This document shows, piece by piece, positions 28,166 through 43,400 of a DNA stretch of 64,000 nt. Source of the stretch: Chrysomallon squamiferum (Eukaryota > Animalia > Mollusca); NCBI GenBank assembly GCA_012295275.1, contig CM022665.1, positions 46,066,001 to 46,130,000 of the forward strand. Reading direction: 5' to 3'. Under the pieces are notes generated by a model. The model was not told the origin of the DNA, did not search any database, and saw nothing but the letters and a program-made list of their open reading frames with translations. Position numbers and translations under genes: made by a program. Positions within the stretch are counted from its first letter, which is position 1. Each line of letters starts with the position of its first letter.

Positions 28166-29026
28166 ATAAACAAAATAATTATTTTAAAAAATTATGAAAT
28201 AAATTAAAAGGTTATCATTTAGTTTTACAGTTCTTAACACTTTTCAAAACTGATAACTAACTAACTAACTAAATTAATTAATTAAATTATTTTGGAATCA
28301 AAGCTAAAACAAATGAAAAAAGTCTATATTCCATCAACAAAGTTAATAATACTGTAAACATTTGTATGTAAGCATATATATATATATATATATATATATG
28401 AAAAATTCTCAGTGAGATGGGATGATAGTATTATTATTATCATTATTATTTTTATATCAAGAATTATTATTTTTTTTATTCTATATATAATGAACTCCTG
28501 AAATCAAGAAAAATCAGTGATTATAGCAAGGCATGATATATATATATATATATATATACATTATACATGCAAAAATATATCTATCTTTTCAAAACTTGAA
28601 TTATATTTTAATAATCTACTACAATATATTTTTTTTTTTCAATGCAAACCATTTCTAGTAACAAACAAACATGATAGGCTGAATTTACAAAGCCTGTCTT
28701 TTTCTCTCAAAAATGATTAAATTCAAAGGATAAATATATATTTTGAGAAAAATATTCTTCATAAATTCAGCCCAACATGACCACCTATTAAAGAGTGCAT
28801 AACCATTATTTGTTTCACAAAATAATTTCTGTGTTAGTATAAATAAATACATTTTGTGTTTAACAAAACTTTTTTTTTTTTTTTCAAAAGAGTTTTCATT
28901 GCTTGAAAAAGCAACAACAACAAATAAAAAATTCTTTAATGCAAGACATTTTTTTTTTTTGTGGAGGGAATGGAGATAAATCTTGCATTAGTTTTTTTTA
29001 AATTTTTTATTTTTTTTTTTTTTTTT

Positions 29027-29374
29027 TTAAACCATCAACCTTGACCCTGGTATATAGCGAGTTTCACACCAAATATTTGTCGCACCCTGATTGGTCAGTT
29101 TTCGTGTACAGCGGCGACACCTGCGGTACTTGTCGCACTGTTCGTGGACGAGGCCGCCAGGTGAGAGTGAGGCCAGGTGCTCCTCGGCTTCGCGAGCTCG
29201 TTTCATCTGAACTGTTTTAGACCACTCGTCCTCCAGGTACTTCCTCGTGTGCATTCTGACACCGTATCTCGCAGCCCTGTCATCTAGCAGTCTGAAACAG
29301 AACATAACGTTTGTTGTTGTTATTATTTTTGTCACTATTATTGTTATTATTATTTTTGTCACTATTATTGTTAC

Positions 29375-29411
<37 letters not shown>

Positions 29412-29488
29412 TTGTTATTGTTACTGTTGTTATTATCATTATTATTATTATTTTTGTCATTATTATTGTGTTTATTATTACTGTTTCT

Positions 29489-29521
<33 letters not shown>

Positions 29522-29567
29522 TTTATCATTATTGTGTTTATTATTACTATTACTATTTTTATTTATT

Positions 29568-29603
<36 letters not shown>

Positions 29604-32600
29604 TTTGTCATCGTCATCTCTATTATTATTGTTATTATTACTTGTTTTTATTATTATAATTATTTTATCATCATAATCATCACCATTATTATCATTATTG
29701 TTATTAATATTATTATTACTATTTTATAGTTTATTATTATTTACTGTCATCATCATCATCATCATCATCATCATTATTATTATTATTTTTATAATTTTCA
29801 AATTTATTTACCAAACCTCCAGCCCAATATTGAATCAACAAGGCTGCACCCCATCATAGCCCCACACCCTTGCCCCACACCCTAGCTCCTCACTACTTAC
29901 TCTCTCTTCGCTCTAGCCAAAACCTCTTCCTCTTCTCTCTGTTCGGACAGTTTTTTCAAAATGGCTTCCCTCTTCTTCTGCGCCACCAGCTCCTGCTGGC
30001 TCTGGAAGAGCTCGTACGCTTGTTTCCTTTTCTCCATCATCTTCTCATTGGTCATATCGTTCTTACCGAACACCTCACCGTCTTTCTCCGCAGCAGGTAT
30101 CGGAAGAGGCTTGAATCGAATCTGAGGAGTTTCAAATGGTTAGTTGTGTTAGATATGATTAAATAATACTTGGTGTCGTGATGCGAAATAAATAATAACT
30201 GATGTTGTTGAGTGAACTAATGATAATAATTTGTAGCTGCAGTATGGTTAATGATAGCACGTGTGTTGCAGTATGAGATGATGATAATTAATGTTGTAGT
30301 GTATGAAATTATAATAGTGTATGTTGCAATTATATTAAATAGATAATAAAGATTAATGATGCAGTATTCAGTAATAATTAATAATTAAAGCTGCATTGTG
30401 AAATAATAATAATAATAGTTAATGTTGTAATATGAAATAATAAATAATTAATGTTGTAACATGAAATAATAATAGTTAATGTTGTAACATGAAATAATAA
30501 TAGTTAATGTTGTAATATGAAGTAATAATAGTTAATGTCGTAACATTAAATAATAATAGTTAATGTTGTAATATCAAATAATAATAGTTAATGTAACATT
30601 AAATAATAATATTTAATGTTGTAACATTAAAGAATAATAGTTCATGTTGTAACATTAAAGAATAATAGTTAATGTTGTAACATGAAATAATAATAATTAA
30701 TGTTGTAATATTAAATAATAATATTATATAACAACATGTGTCTTTAAGAGTTATCTCAGACCAGTCAGTCTATCAACTGTTTGAAACACTGAAGGATACA
30801 CATGCCTTTATTATACACACAATTCCACAGCTAGAGTTGTCTACCTTAGACACTGTAAATTTACCTGTGTATCCAGCCCTCTTTTGATCATTTCTCTACG
30901 TTCAGCTTTCTCTCTCTGTTCTTTCTCTCGTAGTCTTGCAATACTGAAACAAGGAAATATTGTAGCATGTGAAAAATGGGTTCATGCACAGATGACAGCT
31001 TTAATGAAAAAAGTAACTAAGTAAGTAAATAACTAAATAAATAAATTCAGTGATTAAATAAATAGATAAAGAAACAAACAAACAAACAAATAGATATATA
31101 AATAAGTAAACAGGAAAAAACACAAAAAATATAACACGTAAAAAATTTAATTAATAAGTAATAAGTAAACAAACAAATGTAATATTCTGAATGTAATTTA
31201 GTTGACCCATATAATAATTAAAAAACAACAAAAGCGCATGCAGTTTCACAAAATATCAAAATAACAGTTTAAATAAATAATTGAAATTAAAAATTATCAC
31301 ATCAAATTAACCTGTTACATTTAAATATAGCATTAAATTGCTTGTATTATATGACAAAAAATATTATTTATTATCACACTGAATTTTTCTTCATTAAAAA
31401 TGTTATCTTATATGTACTGAAAATGTAATGGAATAAAGCATAATCAATAATTTTATAAGTTAACAGACACACAGATGTACAGACTAACAGTCACAAACTA
31501 ATAAACAAAAATAAAGTGGAAAGAGTATTAATGTGCATTATTTATTATTTTGCCAAATATATTAATAATTTTATCAGTTAGTATTTAATAATGATGAAAA
31601 GAATGCTATAGTATAAAATAAATAAATAGAAATTTAAAAATAATAATAATAATAATAAAAATATAAGAAAAAGTAATTTAAAAAAAACATTAAATTAAAA
31701 TTAAATAAACATGTTAATAAAAATAAATAAATAAATAAATTATATATATAGATGTATAATGAATGAGTAAAATTATTAATAAAAACAATGAACAGAAAAT
31801 CAGACAGACAAAGAAACAAACAAAGAAACAAATAAATAAACAAATAAATAAATAAATGCATACCTGCACACAAATGTAAATAAATATACAAAATAAGTTA
31901 ACAGATAAATAAAATTAATAACTTACTCCTCAGCAAGCTGAACCTGTTCCAATTTTTCTATATATTCAGTTTCTGCCTTTTCCCTTTCTTTTACACTCTC
32001 CTTTTCATTTACCTGCACAACAAAATCATAATATTTTAATTAACAAATACAAAAATTAACTCAAAGACAAATCTGATTATACAAAAAAGTCATTAAGAGT
32101 TGCTTGCTGCATATTTTTTTAAAGGAATTATTTTTATATTTTTATTTAGTTTTTCAAGCATTTCATATTCACCAGTATAATTTTATAACATCTAGCAGTT
32201 TTCAGAAACTTAATTCAACATTCAGTGAAGATAAATATATCATTTCGTGCATTGCATGTGCTTAAAAACAAAAAAAAAAAAATTGCCAAGATGGATGCCA
32301 AAATGCTCTGTCAACTAAAATATCTGTTAACATCAAAAGGCTGATGTATCATAAGACTTGTAACAAATTTAAATATTTTTTTAAACACTATAAACAAAAA
32401 GAACAAAACAACAAAAAAAAAAAAAAAAACCCACAACCAACACTTGTTGGTATATTCACAAATAATTTATTACCAGGAAAAAAAAATGTTTTAAAAAATT
32501 AAAAACTAAAAAAAAAAAAAAGTAAAAAAAAACAACAAAAAAAACCTATTCACTTAAAGGGCAACTGCAGTGCAAAATAACATAATTTTATAGTTCATAA

Positions 32601-35372
32601 CATTAAGTGTGAATAAACAAACAGGCTGCATAAAATTTATGTTTTCTTTATGCAACACACAAACGTTATCTGTTCAAAAACTATCAGCTTGAACACTGAA
32701 CTATGGAACATTATGACCTTATTTCACTTATTTATGTCAAAACTGTAATAATGAATACATTACTATCACAACAACTGAAAGGTAACCAGTCTGTATTAAT
32801 TTGATAAGCATGACAGTTTAACCAGTCCATCACTTCAACTTGCTATTTCCATCAATGACTTGATGTCATGACCTTCTGCTGAGCAAGAAAGAAAAATGGC
32901 AGACTCAGTGCACCTTTGCCTGTTGACTGTTACATACTTTATGATTAGCCAAGATTGGTTGTCTATATACAAACTCAATTTATTTGAGTTAACAGTTTAA
33001 TTTTTTAATTTTTAATTTTTTTATTTACCTGTTTACAAAGTTCTTTTGAATATTCTTCTTGTTTTGGGAACTTTGGTGGAGTGAGAGGTCTCCTCTGAAA
33101 TATGTAGGATCTCTGGAATATAAATAATTTTAAAATTTAAATAAATGTTATTAAATAGTTTAATCCTAAGGGTACATTACAAAAGCTCAATTTTACAAAC
33201 TGAAACAGTTAATTTTGATATTTTCACAAACTAAACTTTCAGTAATTATAAAAATACATCTTACATGGAAGCTGTTATCTTTTGCTTTTTTCTTGGCAGT
33301 GGTTGCCTCGGCAACACCAAGATTAAAGGCAGCCAGTTTCTGAAGTTCATGATGCTTCTCAAGACGTTTTTCCTGGAAAAATATTAAAAATATATATTAT
33401 TTAAAGAATTAAAGAGTATAAGAGTTGTATTAAACCTAATAATCAAGTGAGCAGTTCTAAAATGTTAATAAAAATAAATACGTCATTCAGTTTTTTTAAT
33501 ACAATCAAAAATAAAATAAATTATTTCATTTCTAAAAAAATAAAATAAAATAAAAATAAAATAAAATAAAAATAAAATAAAATAAATAAAATAATGAAGG
33601 AATGAAAGAGGCAAAACACACATGTTCCTTCAGTGTTTCTTCAGCATCCCTCATGATGTGGAACTGCTGTAGGAGTTTCTCTTCCTCTTCTTCTCTCCTT
33701 CGTCGCTCCTCAGCAAAGGAGACAGGAATGTTCCTCCGAGCTCTTTGGTGACACAGGTAACACAACTCCTGCCCAGCGTTCGCATGGCCGCAGGTAGAAT
33801 CGGCAGTGGCGGGCCTCTCTAGGGGTGCAAGGTGACCGGGCGGGGACCGGGAGGAAGGAGCGGTCAGTGGGTGTGGCATTCTGTGAAATTATGAAAAAAA
33901 AAAAAAAAAAATTGATGAAGACATATTTCTTAATGTTTAAATATTCTTTTGGCTCTGATTTGAAATAGTAGCATAAAGCTTTTAGCTCATCACCTACACT
34001 ATTGATTTAATATTTTATTATCAGTATGTGAAGTAATTAAGTTACAATAATATTATAATAATCTTTTTATATATATATATAGGTGACTCAACATATATTA
34101 AGCACTGAACAACAAATTTTTTTTTTAATAAATTAATAAATAAAAATATAATTCAAATTGAATAAATAAAATTAATGAAAATCCATCTGCTTTATTCAAA
34201 TACATTATCAAATATGATTTACAGTAAAAAGCTCAAATAATTTAAAGACTCTCACCGATTTAATCTACAGTATAAAACTTGAATAATTCAAGGACTTTCT
34301 TCGATTTAATCAACAGTATAAGCTTAAATAATTCAAAGACTTTTCCAAATTTCGTCTACAGTATAAAACTCAAATAATTTCTTCAATTTAATCTACAGTA
34401 TAAGCTCAAATAATTCAAAGACTTTCTTTAATTTAATCTAGAGTATAAAACTCAAATATTTCAAATAATTTCTTCAATTTAATCTACAGTATAAAGCTCA
34501 AATAATTCAAAGACTTTCTCTGATTTAATCTACAGTATAAGCTCAAATAATTCAAAGACTTTCTTTAATTTAATCTAGAGTATAAAGCTCAAATAATTCA
34601 AAGACTTTCTCTGATTTAATCTACAGTATAAAGCTCAAATAATTCAAAGGCTTTCTTTGAGTTAATCTGCAGCATAAAGCTCAAATAATTCAAAGACTTT
34701 CTTCGATTTAATCTACAGTATAAAGCTCAAATAATTCAAAAGCTTTCTCAGATTTAGTCTACAGAATGAAGCTCAGAAAAAAAAAAATTAAAGATCAGCA
34801 GTTAAAAATTTCACGAACCTGAATTTATCCATATAATATCAAAAACATTAACAGCAAATTACATCTCTGTGTTTATATAATGTTCTACTCAGGAGAAAAG
34901 AGAGAACTTTAATACCAAAGATGTGTCACGTTGGGTCACTGAATAAAAACAGAAATTTTTATAAAACCAGCTTTGTGACCAACTTGAGAAAATATTTCAA
35001 CAAGAAAACAACACAAGCTGTGTTAAATTAGTGAAAAAAAAAAAAAAAAAAAAAAAAATTAAAGTTTCATAAAGAGTACTTAAGTTATGTCCATATTTTT
35101 TTTTTTTTTTTTTTTTTTTGTATGTTTTGTTTTTGTACCATAGATATATATTTCAATGTATAGCCATATAAATAATTTCACTTGAACCATTTAAATTAGT
35201 ATGGTGACTCTTCATTTATCAGTGTAAGGTTTTACACAGATTAAAAAAAAAAAATAACAACAACATGAAAAAAACCCCAGTTCTGTTGAAAAAAATAAAT
35301 CAAACAAAATAATAATAATAATAAAAAAAAATAAAAATAAAATAAAAATTAAATAAATAATAATAAAAATAA

Positions 35373-35407
<35 letters not shown>

Positions 35408-35761
35408 CAACAATAAAAATAATTTTAAAAAAAATCATAAAAAAAACAAAAACAATCTTTTCACCAAATGTTACAATATCAAAAAGCACTCTTTGAAGAT
35501 AAATATAATGTTATTCAGAAAGTTTATTTTACACACACACACACATATATAAAACCTACTTGAAACAGAAAACAGCTAAATGAAACTCACTGTTCCATCT
35601 GAGGTGGTGATTGTCTGGGCTGACCAGTTAGATTGTTATCTTCAGGAGCAGGTAACTCTTCAGCTATGTTGATGCCACTCGCGCACGGCAGAGGCATGGC
35701 CTGCCGCGAACTTGACCGAGAAACAATAACCACTGATTTCTTCATTTCTGAAAACATTTGT

Positions 35762-35796
<35 letters not shown>

Positions 35797-37369
35797 TTAT
35801 ATCAATAAAATACCTGTGAAAATATTTCACCTATTTAACTAAACATGAACTATAACTGCAATAGGTTTTTTTTATGTGTTTAAAAATAGAAATTACACTG
35901 ATATGAAATTTTTTATGTTTTAAATTAAAAAAATTTTTACACTGATGTGAAATAATCTGAACCATGACTTTTATTTTATTTTATTTTATTTTATTTTACT
36001 ATTAATTTTATTTTTAAAAAAACCCTTGAAATTACCCTGATATGAAATTTTATAATTTTTAATTTTTAATTTTTACATTGATATAGAATAATATGAAATG
36101 ATTAAAATTTTAAAAAAATATATATATATATATATATATATTTTATTTTTACTGTATAAAATATAGAACTGAAATGTATAATAAATTACAAAAACAATGA
36201 TAGAGTGACTTTTTTAAAATTAGAATCAATCCTTTAAAAAAATTATTAAAAAAACCCCAGAAGGTTTAGTAAAAACAATGATATATGTAGTCTTTTACAT
36301 TCTCTGTTTCAAAGAAAAACTGCATAACATATTATAATATTATTTTACAAAATGTCTTTTGGATCAAAGAAGAACCATGTAACTTCAGCAAATAATATTT
36401 CACAATGTCTTTTATGAATATAACAAATAAACAAAAGAACAACATCAGAATCTAAAAAAATTCCTTTAAATTTATTTAAAAGAAAATATTCCTTAAAATA
36501 ATTCTTAACAGTAATGTTAAATGAACTTTATTTATTTTGCCATTTTAAATAATAACCAACAATGTTTTTTTAAATTTACAAATAGATTTATATATATAAT
36601 AAAAATAACTGAGATGCCTTAAACATTTTGTAATACATTATGTTATTTATGGATGTTATTAAAAAGAGAAACCTCTTACAAAAAAATTATTTATTTTTAA
36701 TTTTAACCTTTTTTTTTTAAATTTTCTTCCAAATTTTAGTTAAATTTTCTTTAAAATTTTAAAACATTTAAAAACAAAATTTCCACTTAAGAAAAAAAAA
36801 TAAAAAAAAAAAAAAAAAAAAACAAAAACCATTTTTCTCCAACAAACCTGCTCTTTCTTTAAGAATTCTTTAACTTTTTAAAAAATCAAACCAAATATTT
36901 TTCTGACCGAAGCCAAACAAGCTCTGTGAAACAAATGGCTTCTATGACAACAGTTGACGACGACCGTAAGTGATGATCATTAATTATGTATCTTCCTTAT
37001 TATCGAGGACATAACAAGTGACAGGTGAATTAATTACAAACAATGGAATATTGATGCAGCTAACTGTTTCCCCAGCTGACAAATGGGAACAACACATACT
37101 GTCATGTGACGTCTGTTTACACAGCCCTTGTTGTTACCACCGATTTCCAAGTGAAAAGAAACCAGTGGTAGCTCAGGAGAAACAGAACTAGTTATTTAAT
37201 TTTTACTTATTCATGAGGAGCAGGATATTGTTTACCTGGAGGCTAATGAAGAATATCAACAACAAAAAAAAAAAAAAAATTATTAATTTTGTCAGAGGAT
37301 GAGTATTTTATTTTCTGATGTATATTTTCATGCCCATCATAATTGAGATTCATATTGTTGGTTAATAAT

Positions 37370-37418
<49 letters not shown>

Positions 37419-40400
37419 GTAATAATAATAATAACAACAACAGCAGCAGCAGAAACAACAACACGACCATGAATACTGATAATAATGTTAGTAATAATAA
37501 TAATAATAATAACAACAACAACAACAATAACATAACAGTAATAATAATAATAATAATAATATAATAATAAAATAATAATAATAATAATTATTATAATAAT
37601 AACAATAACAATAATAACAATAACAATAACAATAACAATAACAATAACAATAACAATAACAACAACAACAATTTTGAATCTTTTCTCATTCTACCTATCA
37701 CCCACCACCTCTCACAACCAGCCAACCTCTTACTAACCTCTCGGCGACGCCCTGGGAGGCTGGGGCGTGTACTCCACCTCATAGTACTTCACAGGCTCCC
37801 CCTCGCGCAGGATGTTCTCGATGGCTGCAGCTGTCATCATGTCCTCTTCCTCCAGCCCTCCAGACCCTCCCTGGCCCCAGGGGTCAGGAGCTGAGCCTCC
37901 TGGGACTCAGGGACGTAGCCACTCTGCTTGGCGTACCTTTCGGCGAGGTCTTCCGCAAGCTGCCTCGCCCCGGGGTCTTCTTCGTGGAGGGGCTGGTCGG
38001 GCACGGCAATCTCTTCCCTCACTGGGGTCAGGCACATTGGTTGACTTTGGTTGCGAGAGTTGATTCTGAGAGAAAAATGAGAAAAAAAAAAATAAATAAT
38101 AATTATTAAAAAAAAAAAAAATGATCAAAGATGAATTTTGGGTAAATTTTTTAAATCTTGTAAATAGATTTTTTTTTTTTTTTTTTCAAATAAATTTTTG
38201 AGTTTGAATATTGGGTTAGTTATGAAGAAAATGGAAAATGTTTAAAAATGTATACATGCAGAAAAAAAAAAAGTTGGATAATTAAAATATACAAGTTTGT
38301 TTTTTTAATAAAAAAAGAATCTTGACAGATGTTGATATGACTGAAATTCATAAAGAATACAAATGTGATAGCAAGAGAATTAAAAATAAAAAATTCGTAT
38401 TAAAATATTTGCATAGCAATGAATGAGTTTTAATAACAGATAAACTGCAAAAACAATTTTAACAATTTTAAAATTTAAATAATAATAAAAAAAGAGAATA
38501 CTAAAAATAAAAAAATAAATAAAATTAAAAAATATAATATAATATAATATAAAATAAAATAATAAAAATAATAATAATGCATTTCTACTTAAGTGTTTTC
38601 ATGATTATTTGTTGAACATACATATTTCAGATATCATATTATTAATAGTTTATTAAACTATATTTTTAAAAAATAAATTCATTAAAAAATAAAGATATAA
38701 AGAATACAAAATATCTCTAATAAAGATGTCTTCTAGATCAGCTTTTAACAATTAATTGTCTGAATGTATATGCAAATATATAGATGTCTTATTCCATTTG
38801 TTGTTGATATATTTGCTGTAGTAAAGGGCTAAAAATAATATATTTGACTGACAATATCATCAAAGAAATATTCATAACAAGTATAAATTACTTGTATATA
38901 TTTTTTTTTTAAAAATCAATATAAAATATGAAATATGAATGCTACATTCATTTCTTCAGACATCTGTTTCTGTAACATCCTGAACTTTTAGAAATTAAAC
39001 AATGTAATCATATACCTCTGTGCAAACAACACGTGATCATTTCAATTGATTGTATATTGATTTTTCTTCTGATAAAGAAAATTAACAAATGATTTCATGA
39101 AAACATAAAGAAAACAGGTGCCTAGAGAGAATAACTATTGTCATTCTTAAACAAAACTGTGTTTCTTCAAGTTACACTGTAACTGGGTAAACTTTAGATA
39201 AAGAAACAAAACCAAACAATATGTCAATGTATTTCATAAACACACGCACACACAAGCATACAAGCATGCACACACGCAAACAACAAAGATATAAGTATTA
39301 ATAAATACGTTATGAACAGCATAAAAAACTGTCAAATGAATATCTATATATAAATAATTTATAATATTATTTTACTTGTTAGAAAAATCAATAGTTATAA
39401 ATCCCTATATATCTTTTCTAAGAATTAACATATATTTATTATAGTTTATTTAATTTTTAAAAATTTATATAATAATAATAAGCATAGCTATAATCACCAT
39501 CAATGTCTATTTACATACAACAGAAATGGCAAAATACAAAGTGAAAAATATTAAAATTTGAAATGAAAGTGTAATTAATATTAAAATTCTGTTTAGAATC
39601 ATTTACTGACATAATAAATTATTTTCATTAACCAAAATGTGCTAATGCATTACAAAAAGGTAACAATGCAGTATAGTCAATCATTAAAAAAATATATATA
39701 ATAATAATATAAAACTAAAGAACAATAAATTGAAAAATATTATATATAAACAAAAATAACAACAAAAAACAACAATTATCTATTCTTGCTCAATATAAAT
39801 TTGTTAACAATTAACAACACCAATTACCATTTTCGAAACCTTAAAAACAAATTCAAAAAATAAAATGAAAAGAAGAAAAAAGTTCTTGAGTAATAGAAAA
39901 TTCTGAAATATAATCAAAATTGCTTGACATTTGAAAATTAATAAATGGATATTTATTTTGATGACATCTTTTCATATCAGGGGACATTATGTGGCAGGCA
40001 TGATTTTTGTAAGAATGATGTTCAATAGATTTACTTTTATCAATTACCAGTGAGGAATCATATAAATGCAACATCCTATAAGTAGGAAAGGACATGCAAT
40101 CAGGAATAGAGCTATGACTATAATGATCCTTTGACCATCATGCCTTCAACAATACTCAATAGAAAATAATTTAAAAACACAGTTAACATCAAGTAGATAC
40201 CAACAATACATCTGTTTGTTCCAATTAATGTAAAAATATTTTTTTAAAAGATAAAGAAAAATTTTGAACATTAAGCAGAAAGGCATTTTCTCTATAAAAT
40301 AATTGAAATAAGAAACTAACATAAGAACAAAACACAACATAACTAACATAACTAATGTAGCAAATTTAAAAATTGGCTACTGACAAATTAAAAAAAGGAA

Positions 40401-43400
40401 AAAATTTACAAATATTTGATAACTGTAATAAAAACAAAAACACTTGCTCACTGATCCATAACAAAAATACTTAATCATGACTATTGTAAACAAATGCAAA
40501 TACATTTTTATATATATTTATATTCTAAAAAATATTTATTACACATTAAATTATTATCATCTTTGTATTTATGAGTTAAGTTATATTTGTAAAATTATTT
40601 TTAAATCAGTATCATACTCCACAGAGGGTATAGACTTTACATTACTGATAACAGTATTGTTAACTTTAAAAATACTGAGATTACGAAACATTTATTACAA
40701 GTACTGTTACACATGCTCATTATTCTTGATCCATTTATATTAATTGACTTAAAGAGATAAGTGACTGAGAGCATTAGAAACTAAAATAAACAGCCGATTA
40801 CTAGCTCTAGCAGAGATTTGAAATTAAAGGATAATCCAAATCTCTGGCTCTAAGCAGATTAAGAAAGATTTAATACCTGGTAACCTTAGAGCTGAAAAAG
40901 AAAGCATTACCAAAATCTATAATTAACATAATACTGTGTGTACGTGCACATACATAACCATCCCTCGAAATTTTTTAAATGTTTCCACCATGTCTGGGGC
41001 TAACAGATTATATATATTTTGTTCCAGTTCAAGCCTTATAAATAACTTTGTTTCTCAACTATCTCTAACATTTATGTTTGCTTTTCTGAGGCAAGTGCAT
41101 AAGAATATAAGCATACTTAATACAAATAATTTTATTATTTAATCAAGCTGTTATAGTTATTAGTAAGCTCCAGAAATTATAAAATAAAATTCTTGAAATG
41201 ATTATTATTATTATTATTATTATTTTCAAAATATTATTAATATTATTAATTGTTCATTGATCTTTAATAACGAAAACTAAGAATCAGTTTTTTTTGGTAT
41301 TAAAAATAATAATAATTAAAAAAATATACAGGATAACTGTGTGATTGATTGTTAAATGTACAAAGTGATATGTTTTAATTTAGTTCTTATTTAGTAAATG
41401 TATGTGTGTTTTTAAAAAATGAACTGTTTCAAATATTATTAGGTGATAACAACACTCAAAAACACTGTGAATTGTGTTAAATATCAGTGAAAACTTAAAT
41501 ATATGTGGGTTTTTTAACAAGTGAATTGTTTTAAATATCTGTTGAAATGGAAAATATATCTGTGGGGTTTTTTAAAAACTGTAAGGTGTCTTAATTATCA
41601 ATGAGAACTTAAAAGATATGTGTTTTTCAACAAGTAAGTTGGTTTAAATATGAGAAAGCTTAAAATTATGTGTGTGTTTTTACAAGTAGATTGTTTCAAA
41701 TTTAAGTGAAAACTTTAAAATTTGTGTGTTTATTTTAACAGTAAATTGTTTTAATATGAGTAAAAACTTAAAATATGTGTTTTTTAACAAGTAAATTGTT
41801 TTAAGTATCAATTGAAATATATGTGTTTTTTAACAAGTAAATTGTTTTAAGTATCAGTTGAAATATGTGTGTTTTTTTACTAGTAAATTGTTTTAAATAT
41901 CAGTTGAACACTTAAATATGTGTGTTTTTTTAACTATTAAACTGTTTTAAATGAGAGAAAACTTAAAATATGCGTGTGTTTTTACAAGTAAATTGTTTTA
42001 AGTATCAGTTGAAATATGTGTGTTTTTTTTACTAGTAAATTGTTTTAAATATCAGTTGAACACTTAAATATGTGTTTTTTAACTATTAAACTGTTTTAAA
42101 TAAGAGAAAACTTAAAATATGTGTGTGTTTTTTAACTATTAAACTGTTTTAAATGAGAGAAAACTTAAAATATATGTGTTTTTTTACTAGTAAACTGTTT
42201 TAAATATCAGTTGAACACTTAAATATGTGTGTTTTTTTAACTATTGAACTGTTTTAAATGAGAGAAAACTTAAAATATATGTGTGTTTTTTTAACAAGTA
42301 AACTGTTTTAAATATCAGTTGAACACTTAAATATGTGTGTTTTTTTAACTATTGAACTGTTTTAAATGAGAGAAAACTTAAAATATATGTGTGTTTTTTT
42401 AACAAGTAAACTGTTTTAAATATCAGTTGAACATTGAAATATGTGTGTGTTTTTTAACTATTAAACTGTTTTAAATGAGAGAAAACTTACTTTGGTAGAA
42501 TTAATGTGCTGCTTCCACAACGGGAGAGACTTCTATTTGACATCACAGAGTCAACAGTACCAGGTCTCTGACAACAAAAATAAATAAATAAATAAAATTA
42601 AAACTTAAAAATTAAATAACAGTAAAAAAACAACCTAGTTATCAAAACTAAACATGTTGATCAATAATTTTAGAATTTTGATTTACTGCAGATTATTATT
42701 ATTATTATTATTTTTTTTAGTTATTTTTGAGATTTATTTTGTTCTTGTTTTTTTTAGCTTGTTTTTACTTTTCCTCAATTCAAAATGTTTTAATAATTAT
42801 TTTTTTTTATTCACAAATGGGACATTTTTAAAAATTATTTTATGAAATTATATGCTAAGACAAACAATAATTTCAAAATGATAAAAAAAAAAAATAATAA
42901 TAATAATAATATAAAAAAAAAAAAAAAGAACAGTGAAAGCATGAACATTTCTGGAAATAAAAACAAACAAACAAAAAAAAAATAAAATAAAATAAAATAA
43001 ACTTAGATCAGTTTCAAAATGATAAAAAAAAAAATTAAAAATAAAAATTAAAAAATAATAAAAATAAAAAATAAAAAGTATCGTGTCAGCACAAACATTT
43101 CTGGAAATAAAAACAAATAAAACAAAATAAAAACAAACAAAACAAAATAAAATAAAATAAAATAAAATAAAATAAAATAAACTTACATTTTGCAAGGATT
43201 CAGCCAATCGTCCTGAACCGTCCATCTGATTTATGTATTCCTTGAAAAACTTCATTTTCACCTTCGAGTCACGGACAGAAAGTCTTCCGATTCCTGTGAA
43301 CAACAGTTCAACATTTCTTCTGTTTCCGATTGCTCTGGCAATGGCATTGAGAATTTCTCTCACGCAGCTTTCAATGGTGTCGCGGTCAAACGGACTGTCG

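Noticed and set aside
27879-29729. Poly-I/Y/L/N/H ORFs in the ORF track (also 18874-19373, 37243-37782, 43633-43908)
   Set aside because: Translations of (AAT)n and (CAT)n microsatellites. Only 29291-29027 is coding, as the last CCDC81 exon.
36848-36867. 20-nt exon that would pair with the 7-nt microexon to restore frame
   Set aside because: The acceptor is A-rich with no pyrimidine tract; the donor is better explained by an alternative first exon.
37812-38128. Overlapping ORFs 37812-38063 (+) and 37907-38128 (-) as a separate or dual-coding gene
   Set aside because: Explained by the high GC content of CCDC81 exon 6. The alternative minus frame stops at 37907 and does not match the upstream exon phase.
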